DNA from: a virus
Lineage: Duplodnaviria > Caudoviricetes
Direction: 5' to 3' (one strand)
IMG/VR virus record: IMGVR_UViG_3300014208_000113
Coordinates: 1 to 26,622 of that record
DNA: 26,622 nt
How positions within the stretch are numbered: the stretch's first letter is position 1; every line of letters begins with the position of its first letter. Made by a program: the position numbers and the translations under genes. Below, one piece after another: positions 10,075 through 17,259 of the stretch. The notes below the pieces were generated by a model. It did not search any database and was not told where the DNA came from. It saw nothing but the letters and a program-made list of their open reading frames with translations.

Positions 10075-10404
10075 TTATGTGAATCTTCTCAACCTAGAAG
10101 GAGATTGAGTTCGTGACATTCCTTGCATTGCACGAACATCCGGAGAGTTCTGATGTAGGGCCTTTGATTGGTTCGTTCCATCATCAGAACCCTTTGACAA
10201 TTCTTTCACAACCCTGTTGATGAACCATCGTTTCAATGCCACAGGAAGATGCATCACTTCCTTGTAGGTAAAACCCATGTAGTACATCAAAAGAAATGCC
10301 GGCTCCAACGTCAGCAATTCCTTATCTGCGGGTCCTACACCGAAAAAAGGCTCTCGATCACTTATCGAACGTTGGCCAGAGAAACCCGGTGCCGAGTGGC
10401 ATGT
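10075..10404 (-). CDS. Tail assembly chaperone second ORF (lambda T-like / T4 gp51-like); frame open 10404-10075, start uncertain, probably reached by recoding
   Basis: FLLMYYMGFTYKEVMHLPVALKRWFINRV resembles gp51/T-type domains. The frame is open 47 nt into the upstream gene and lies in its +1 frame. Confidence 0.7.
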   Translation of the reverse strand, partial: TCHSAPGFSGQRSISDREPFFGVGPADKELLTLEPAFLLMYYMGFTYKEVMHLPVALKRWFINRVVKELSKGSDDGTNQSKALHQNSPDVRAMQGMSRTQSPSRLRRFT

Positions 10405-11215
10405 TCACCGCCTCACTGTGTCCACAGGCTGAACACACGACCTCCTGGTTCATATCAATACCAGGTTCATTTTCCCTGATGTACGAACGAAGTGCTAGTG
10501 AATCACGTGCTGGCATGCTTCTAACGAAGTTCGATATCTTTGATCTATCGGTTATTCCATCGATTGATTCAATGCTGTAGGTGAGGTTCGTTGTAACGTT
10601 TGAGTCAGTTTGAAAACCCGCCTTCTTCATCTTCTCCTGTGCTGTTGAAATTTCCTCCTCATCCTTTCCGGTCATGAAACGAAAGTTCACCACCTTCTTT
10701 GAGTAAGGCAGAAGAAATTCGAAAGAATTTACGCCAGGTTGTGTCGGTTCTATTCGTAGTTGTTTGATGGGAAGTTGTGAGAGATCAAACGTTCTTGGCG
10801 ATTTTACACCGCACTCGTTGCATTCCATCTCAACGTCGTATTCATGGCCGTAACCAGTTATACGAATCGCAACAAGCAACGCATTACGATCTCCGATCAG
10901 AAGGCTCGACGGTTCGAATGATTTATCGGTCATACAGGACTTGATGAGTTCTGTTATGACAGTTCCTTTCTTCAACAACGCTCGGCTCGTTAGGATGTCC
11001 TCCTCCCTTGCGGTCATCGATCTAATTTCAATCGTTTCGCGGCCATGAAGTGGACTTCCGACGGGATAAACAGCACCGAGCGATGGAAGTGGAACAACCT
11101 CGATCGGAATGTCAAGACCAAATTCAGCCTTCACACGTTCAACGGCAGAAATTCCTTGTTGTGCTGATGTCTGTTGCTGAAAGACTGCGTTCTTATTTTC
11201 TCTTGTGTCTGTCAT
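10358..11215 (-). CDS. T4 gp26-like baseplate hub / tail assembly chaperone
   Basis: LPSLGAVYP, IRSMTAREEDIL, LLIGDRNALLVAIRITGYG, two CxxC pairs (CNEC, CSAC) and C-terminal GFLWP; between tube and tape measure genes. Confidence 0.85.
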   Translation of the reverse strand: MTDTRENKNAVFQQQTSAQQGISAVERVKAEFGLDIPIEVVPLPSLGAVYPVGSPLHGRETIEIRSMTAREEDILTSRALLKKGTVITELIKSCMTDKSFEPSSLLIGDRNALLVAIRITGYGHEYDVEMECNECGVKSPRTFDLSQLPIKQLRIEPTQPGVNSFEFLLPYSKKVVNFRFMTGKDEEEISTAQEKMKKAGFQTDSNVTTNLTYSIESIDGITDRSKISNFVRSMPARDSLALRSYIRENEPGIDMNQEVVCSACGHSEAVNMPLGTGFLWPTFDK

Positions 11216-11284
11216 CTTAATCCCTTTAATTTAATCAAGGTGTAGTAGAGGTAAATTACACCTTGATAAGATTTAGGGATCAAG
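11216..11284 (-). promoter_or_regulatory. Long RNA hairpin sequestering the SD of the gp26-like gene
   Basis: Perfect 11-bp inner arms 11234-11244/11257-11267 and 10-bp outer arms 11216-11225/11275-11284. The one outer mismatch is a G-U pair on the minus-strand RNA. Confidence 0.7.
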
Positions 11285-11298
11285 TTAAATTCTATTCA

Positions 11299-11631
11299 TC
11301 AATTTGATGTTACAAATTTTTCAGGAATTTTTGATAGGATGTCCATCATATCCCAACGATCATCGATAGCCTTTTCATATTGAATCTGATCCCATCCGGC
11401 GGCAATCAGAACAGCATCCCATGCTTCAACCCATTCAACGTACGTAATTTTTTCACCGAACAATTCAGAATCAAGCAACATTTGAATATCGAGAAGTTGT
11501 TCAAGTGACATCCTAACAGAGATAGGACCGATTGAATCAACGATTGATTTCATCGAATTGAAGATTATTTCATTGCAAGGAAGCCCAGAATTTTTGACAT
11601 TAAACAGCTGGCGACTTTTTTCGTAGGACAT
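11299..11631 (-). CDS. Hypothetical acidic, Trp-rich protein (start may be ATG 11553, 84 aa)
   Basis: Co-oriented and fills the gap. The longer start overlaps the upstream gene by 32 nt, so the shorter start is plausible. Confidence 0.65.
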   Translation of the reverse strand: MSYEKSRQLFNVKNSGLPCNEIIFNSMKSIVDSIGPISVRMSLEQLLDIQMLLDSELFGEKITYVEWVEAWDAVLIAAGWDQIQYEKAIDDRWDMMDILSKIPEKFVTSN

Positions 11632-11833
11632 ACATCAATACCTCGTCATTCACCCCAAGATCGGATTTCTCCTTTAGCGTTACTTCACGAATGATATTTT
11701 CATCGACCAGGTTATCGATGAAGTGCTGCGTCCTGTTTAAACCATATCCAATTTCGATTGCGATGGAACCCATGTAAACGGGCTTTTCCATTCGTCGCAT
11801 GTACGCAACGATTCTATCATTAACGATTTTCAT
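11600..11833 (-). CDS. Small winged helix-turn-helix-like protein
   Basis: 77 aa; the pattern RIVAYMRRMEKPVYMGSIAIEIGYGLNRTQHFIDNLVDENIIREV fits a wHTH (recognised by eye). Confidence 0.55.
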   Translation of the reverse strand: MKIVNDRIVAYMRRMEKPVYMGSIAIEIGYGLNRTQHFIDNLVDENIIREVTLKEKSDLGVNDEVLMYVLRKKSPAV

Positions 11834-11862
11834 TACCTAGACGCACCGCCTTCTGTATCGAA

Positions 11863-11878
11863 CATACATTTAAGTATG
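11863..11878 (-). promoter_or_regulatory. Promoter-like TACTTA in an inverted repeat
   Basis: Minus strand CATAC-TTAAAT-GTATG upstream of the wHTH gene. Confidence 0.5.
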
Positions 11879-11885
11879 ATACAAC

Positions 11886-13529
11886 TCACAGAGCAGAAAG
11901 TTCAAGAATTAAATTCTTGCACCCCCACAGAGGAACGACACCTGCTTCATCAGCTCGTTGCTGTTGTGTTATGCCATTCGGTTTGTCAGCTCTAATCGCA
12001 AATCTGTTGATTCGATTAGTGAAATCAGTCCACCAGAATCGTTCACCTGTCTCGTTCAGAACGTTAAAACCAGCGGCGATGTAACCATCTGCTGTACCCA
12101 CGCGGCGATCGACGTACGTTAACAATGATTCTTTCCCATTTTTTATTGCAAACTCACGGCACTTATTTACAAGACGAGATAATGCGCCGGGGACTGAATA
12201 ATTTGGTGCGAGAGCGAAACGACCAATCTCGAGCCTTGCCGCATGTCGATTATGAAATGGTCTTCGAAGTGATATTGCAGCAACGAGCTTTCCATCGTAT
12301 TTTAAACCGAATGCAACAGTTGAATTAGCATCTCCTTCAAGATGTGCAGATTCAAAGAATTCACGGCGTGCGGCAGGTTTAAGTTCAACAACATCGCACT
12401 TTCTTGCGTATACTTTCACATCATTAACACCCAGCCGATGTTTGATCATCGATTCAACGATCTTTCGTTTATCACGCCATTCATCCTCAAATACACGCAT
12501 GATCCTAACACCCGCGACGTCGCACGCTTTTACCTTTTCAGACGCATGTGTTTTGCCAACGAATGTTTCACTGTGCCAGTATAATCCATCGTACTCAATG
12601 GCAAATTTTGCTGATGGAACGTAAACATCCAATTCCTTGGGGGAAATAACATTTCTATCAGACAGGATTGCATCAGCCGCAAGTGACTTGACGAAGTCGT
12701 AGACCTCAAGTTGACCTTTCGATTCCGTAGGATGGCATATATAGCACACGGGTGAATTCATCAGCATCGTCAGGGTCTTTTGTGAAATTTCACCGCATTC
12801 GTTACACTTGAAATCGAACCTCTGGTACTTGTTCTTGTAGGTTGATGGATCGGAAACAATCGTGAAGGTTGATTGTTTGTTGACACGTTCGATGAACTGT
12901 TTGGGGGTAAGACGTTTTGAATTATTTTCTAGCAATCTTTTTGTGTGATTTTCAGATAATGCTTTAAGTCGAACGTCAGTTTCTTTTGTAAGACCTTTAT
13001 TCCAAACCGAAATTTCTCCAGAAGATAGTTTTTTATTTCTTGAATTGGTCATATAAGCTACTCTGTCATCTGAGTTCTTAGTTAAACCAGTTTGCCATGA
13101 AATAAAACCTTCATTCAATTTTCTCTTAAATGTCTTAGACGTCTTCTCTGCGGCCTTTGCCAATATTTCGGACGTTTCTTTTGTGAGACCGTCGTTCCAT
13201 GATGTGAACTTGCCGGAAGCAAAACCTTCCTTTCGTTTCTGAGCGAATTCAGCCTGTTTTGCTGGATTTAGGTAAACGCTATCAACCGACGCGTTGTGTC
13301 CTCTGATGAACTTCGACGTATAACCTTTTTTCCACGAATCGAAACGAGGTTTACCAACACACCCGCAACCACATACGGGACTAATTCCATGAAGGATGTG
13401 TTCGATGTACAGTTGTTCAAAGTCAACATGATCTTCGGTCGAATGCTCTAACGTATAATGCGTTCTAAATTTTGCTTCTTGAGCAAATTGTTTCTCGCAT
13501 GAAGGACATTTAACTTTCACGTATGTCAT
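11886..13529 (-). mobile_element. Free-standing Hef-like homing endonuclease gene (Zn finger, repeats, PD-(D/E)XK/Vsr-like nuclease, GNAT/Mom-like C-terminus); ATG 13529 or TTG 13544
   Basis: CPSC..H..H finger, CGCGC, three W-x-x-GLTK repeats, CNEC/CYIC ribbon, ELDVYVPSAKFAIEYDGLYWHSE, VFEDEW, then ARKC...EIGRFA...GALSRL...TYVDRR. Confidence 0.8.
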
Positions 13530-13533
13530 GAAC

Positions 13534-13568
13534 AAATGGTACAACCTCGGGAGAAAGTTGTACCATTT
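13534..13568 (-). promoter_or_regulatory. 12-bp perfect inverted repeat between tail tube and endonuclease genes (terminator or translation-blocking hairpin)
   Basis: AAATGGTACAAC (13534-13545) / GTTGTACCATTT (13557-13568); ends 4 nt before ATG 13529. Confidence 0.7.
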
Positions 13569-13586
13569 AGTTTGAACCGTGTTTGC

Positions 13587-14078
13587 TTAGAACTGTAAAA
13601 CGTACTGATCTGCCTGGATCGTTAAGCTTATTTCGACAGGAGCACCCGAATCTTCGTATGAAAGCTCACCGAAGTTTGCCTCTGTGATTAGGGCACCTTT
13701 GAGGTCCCACAATTCTATGACTGTTCCTACGGGATCCAAAAGTTTAAGCTGACAATCCCTCTTGTAGAAATCTGCGTAACCTGCTCGTCCTGATACGGAT
13801 TCAAAATGCAACCTGATCCATTCCATGACCTGTTGAGCTCCTGAGGGTGCTATTGGGTCGTGCAACGTAATTGCAATTGGTCCGTACTTCGTTGTACCTG
13901 CGAGGTACCTACGAGAGTTTATGAAAGGCATCTCAACCGGTTCAGTCGTAACAGTCGGACGAGCTGCCGTCTTAAGAATGTACGCATCGATACCTTCGAT
14001 TGAGAGTATCCATCTACCTTTGCGTTTAGGTTCAAACTGATTCGGAATCATTGATGTAACGTCTAAAGTCTCAGCGAT
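13587..14078 (-). CDS. Tail tube protein (T4 gp19-like), probable ATC start (163 aa); track start 14051
   Basis: FEPKRKGRWILSIEGID...AARPT...TLHDPIAPSGAQQVMEW...LLDPVGTVIELWDLKGALITEANFGELSY is a recognisable tube sequence. GGAGG lies 8 nt upstream of ATC 14078. Confidence 0.9.
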   Translation of the reverse strand: MAETLDVTSMIPNQFEPKRKGRWILSIEGIDAYILKTAARPTVTTEPVEMPFINSRRYLAGTTKYGPIAITLHDPIAPSGAQQVMEWIRLHFESVSGRAGYADFYKRDCQLKLLDPVGTVIELWDLKGALITEANFGELSYEDSGAPVEISLTIQADQYVLQF

Positions 14079-14118
14079 TTTTTCATCCTCCTGGAAGTCC
14101 TTTCTGAGGACGTTCTAG

Positions 14119-14134
14119 ACTTACATATAAGTAA
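14119..14134 (-). promoter_or_regulatory. Late-promoter-like TACTTAT in a dyad, upstream of the tail tube
   Basis: Minus strand TTAC-TTATAT-GTAA (alternatively ACTTA-TATG-TAAGT). Confidence 0.55.
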
Positions 14135-14168
14135 TTTTCAAGTTTGATCCATCGATTTTTGAAATCAA

Positions 14169-14197
14169 TTAACTAACAATGAAAGGGTGCTTATATT
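14169..14197 (+). promoter_or_regulatory. Sigma70-like promoter candidate for the + strand endonuclease
   Basis: TTAACT-17 nt-TATATT, 9 nt before ATG 14207; no clear SD close to the ATG. Confidence 0.35.
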
Positions 14198-14206
14198 CAG
14201 ATAATC

Positions 14207-15910
14207 ATGAAAAAGGAGAACAAGCTTAATGTATGCCCGTTATGCAACGAATTTTCATCGAAGAGACTTACGGTGTTCGAAAAGCATGTTCAATCTGTTC
14301 ATTCTAAACAATCGTTGAAGCAACTTTGGGATGAGTTAAATGATGGTCCAAAACGGTGTGGATGTGGGTGTGAACAAGATTCAACGTGGTACGGATGGAA
14401 CGGTGGTTACAGCCAATTCATTCGTGGGCATAACGCAAACATATACTCAATTTATTCAGTTGAAGAAGCAAAAGAGATAAGCGAAAAACGAAAGAAAGCT
14501 TTAAAAGGCAAGCGTTCGTGGGCAAAAGGTCTTACGAAGGAAACTGATGAACGAATAGCAAAAGGTGCAAAAGCAACATCGATAGGAAGAAAAAAAGCAT
14601 TCGATGAAGGTAAAATTCGTATTTGGTCAAAAGGTCTTACGAAGGAATCGGATGAACGTGTTGCAAAGATGGCCGAATCGATAAAGGAGGATTTCAGCGT
14701 AGGCAAACGTATTTCATGGAACAAGGATCTCACGCAAGATATTGATGAACGTATTGCAAAGAAAAATCAAGAGCTACGTAAGCGTTTTGCTGATGGTGAA
14801 ATAACTTCGTGGCATTCTGGGAAAACAGTGGAAGATGATCCAAGAATAATGAAATTTTGGGAACATAGATCACGTGATGAATACGCATCCAAACTCAAAT
14901 GGTCTGATGACGAGATCGTTGATCAGCTAAAGAACAACAAACGACTTATCCTGCAATCGATAATTGATTACAAAAATAACAGAACGAATTCGATTCATGT
15001 AAGGTGTGCAAATTGTTGCAACGAATCAACGATATCGCTATTGAGAGCTAAAACAGATCACTGCCAATCATGCACACCCGTTGGTTCTATGGGACAGAAT
15101 GAAATTGCTGATTTCATTGAATCACTGGGATTTGTTATCGGTCGGAACGTAAGGGGTATCATAGGAAAGAACGAGATCGATATCTACGTTCCACAGAAAA
15201 AACTTGCCATAGAGTTCAATGGAATGTACTGGCATAGTGAAGCGGCGAACAAAACAAAAAATTATCATCAAGGAAAATCGGCATCATGTAAGTTGATCGG
15301 TATTTCATTATTCCACGTCTTTGAAGATGAATGGCGCGATAAACGAAAGATCGTTAAATCGATGTTGATGAACAAGTTGGGTGTAACGCCTCGAAAATTA
15401 AATGCAAGATCATTAACAATCGCAACGTTAAAAACATCTGAACGAAGAAAGTTCTTTGAAGAAAATCACATCGATGGCGACGTTGCAGCGACGCATGCAA
15501 TTTGTTTGAAACTTAACGATGAAATCGTGTTTGCGATGTCGATCAGAAAACCATTCCATAAAAAATACAATGGTCAGTACGAAATCGCAAGATGCTGTGC
15601 TGCGAATTACACAGTTGTTAGGGGTGCCATTAGCAGATTGATGAAGTACGCCAAATTAAGCGTCAATGATGCACAAATCATAACGTACGTTGACACACGT
15701 TTTGGAGGTGATGGCAATGGCTACGTTAATGCTGGGATGAGACTGATAGATGAAACAACGCCGAGATTTTGGTGGACCGATTTTAGGAATCGATTCAATC
15801 GGTTCAAGTTCAAAGCAAACAAACGACTGAATTTATCAGAAAACGACGTAGCTGAAATTGCTGGCGTTTCAAAAATTTGGGGATGCAAGAATCTCTTATT
15901 CTCCACGTAA
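14207..15910 (+). mobile_element. Second free-standing Hef-like homing endonuclease gene, paralog of 11886-13529
   Basis: Same architecture: CPLC..H..H, CGCGC, four W-x-K-G-L-T-K-like repeats, EIDIYVPQKKLAIEFNGMYWHSE, VFEDEWRDKRKIV (identical in both), TYVDTR, RFWWTDF, WGCKNL. Opposite strand to the operon. Confidence 0.8.
14523..14647 (+). repeat. 20-bp identical direct repeat 105 nt apart, encoding KGLTKE modules
   Basis: CAAAAGGTCTTACGAAGGAA at 14523-14542 and 14628-14647. Confidence 0.85.
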
Positions 15911-15922
15911 CGCTTCTGACAG

Positions 15923-16312
15923 TCACCCACCGAAAGCAATGTTTATCGCTTCGTCGGTTAAATCAAGAATATCCATTTCAGACATACTTGATTTAGCTGA
16001 GTGCTTTGCGGAAATTGCGGCGAGCAACTTCTCGTAATCAAGGTTATGATATAACTGTTGAAATTCGTCGTCATCAAGAAGCGATAATAAATCATCGGCA
16101 AGCTCGTCGAGCCTTTCATCGATGAGCTCATCATCAACGTTCAAAAGATCCTGAAATGATGCGACTGCCAATTCAGCGATTGCATCATACACACCGTCAT
16201 TAACATCTTCAGCACCTTCAGCACCTTCAGAAAGGTGCTCTCGTCTTCTCTCGATGGCACGAGAATACTCTTCGTCAATTATCTGTTGAAGCTTATCTCT
16301 CGTAAGAATCAT
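15923..16312 (-). CDS. Small very acidic protein with shared N-terminal leader
   Basis: 129 aa; starts MILTRDKLQQIIDEE; D/E-rich body. Confidence 0.8.
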   Translation of the reverse strand: MILTRDKLQQIIDEEYSRAIERRREHLSEGAEGAEDVNDGVYDAIAELAVASFQDLLNVDDELIDERLDELADDLLSLLDDDEFQQLYHNLDYEKLLAAISAKHSAKSSMSEMDILDLTDEAINIAFGG

Positions 16313-16330
16313 TATTCTCGTGCCTTAGGA

Positions 16331-16684
16331 TCACCTTGACTGAATGAACATTTGAAGAACATTGAACACGGCCTCTTCAATATCAGATCTGATGTTCTCA
16401 AACGCATAATCTGTGCAGGCACGGGCAAGCGATCGAACTTCTTCGTAATTTGCGGGAACTGTTACTTCGTCAGGTGATAATAAATCGCTTATCTTCTGTT
16501 CAAGACCGTATGAAAGATCCTCATCAGTGAAAATTCGTTCTTCAAGTAATTGTTGAAGAGCGAGACCAAATTGTTCGACAATGGTATCACTCGATCCAAT
16601 CTCATTAATTCTTGATTCAGTGATCCTTTGCTTAACAACGTCATTGACCAACGATCTTAACTGATTTTTGCTTAGTTTCAACAT
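16331..16684 (-). CDS. Small acidic protein with shared N-terminal leader
   Basis: ATG 16684 in a TGATG overlap; starts MLKLSKNQLRSLVND. Confidence 0.8.
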   Translation of the reverse strand: MLKLSKNQLRSLVNDVVKQRITESRINEIGSSDTIVEQFGLALQQLLEERIFTDEDLSYGLEQKISDLLSPDEVTVPANYEEVRSLARACTDYAFENIRSDIEEAVFNVLQMFIQSR

Positions 16685-16935
16685 CAATTTGCACCTTTCT
16701 TTGAAGCATCATTCTTTTTAAGTAATGAAGATACTACCATACGCAACACTTGATCGTCATCATCACCAACACTTGATGATTTTTTCTTTGCACCTGACGG
16801 TGGGTCCTCAAGGTCGGCATTCACGTCCTCCTGATTTGGATCATTCCTGAACGGTGTCCCCGTCGCCAAACCCATCTTCGCCTCATTGAGAATAAGCTTT
16901 CTAAGCTGTTCAGCCGTGAGTTTGACGACCTTCAT
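16684..16935 (-). CDS. Small protein with shared N-terminal leader
   Basis: 83 aa; ATGA overlap; starts MKVVKLTAEQLRKLILNE. Confidence 0.8.
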   Translation of the reverse strand: MKVVKLTAEQLRKLILNEAKMGLATGTPFRNDPNQEDVNADLEDPPSGAKKKSSSVGDDDDQVLRMVVSSLLKKNDASKKGAN

Positions 16936-17252
16936 TTTCCTGATCCTACCTTTTTCGGCGTTGGAAGGGGCGCTTTCTTCTTCACATTTACGTTTCCTGA
17001 AACGATGTGCTGCATCTTTTCGTCGACCGCGAATGCAAGTTTTTCAATTGCATTATGAATGGCCGTCAATAATGAATGTTCCTGATCGGTGGACGCTTCG
17101 GCGATGCCCCTTTGGATCATATTGTCAGCTTCCCATAATTTAGCAACACCCTGCTTCAAGTACGAACCCATCGCAGAGCCGGGATGAAGCTCATCAAGTC
17201 GACCAAGCTCTTCATTGATGAGTTTTCTAAGTTGTGATTTCGTTAGTTTCAT
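16932..17252 (-). CDS. Small protein with shared N-terminal leader
   Basis: 106 aa; starts MKLTKSQLRKLINEEL, 7 nt after the sheath stop. Confidence 0.8.
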   Translation of the reverse strand: MKLTKSQLRKLINEELGRLDELHPGSAMGSYLKQGVAKLWEADNMIQRGIAEASTDQEHSLLTAIHNAIEKLAFAVDEKMQHIVSGNVNVKKKAPLPTPKKVGSGK

Positions 17253-17259
17253 TCAGTTC

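Noticed and set aside
14520-14860. Spaced repeats as a possible CRISPR-like array
   Set aside because: The repeats are degenerate, in frame and explained by the protein repeat modules.
11886-15910. Endonucleases as intron- or intein-encoded elements
   Set aside because: The flanking genes are intact and uninterrupted, and I see no intein motifs or room for a ribozyme core.
16207-16230. 9-nt tandem repeat (CTTCAGCAC) encoding EGAEGAE
   Set aside because: Short in-frame low-complexity linker; not an array.
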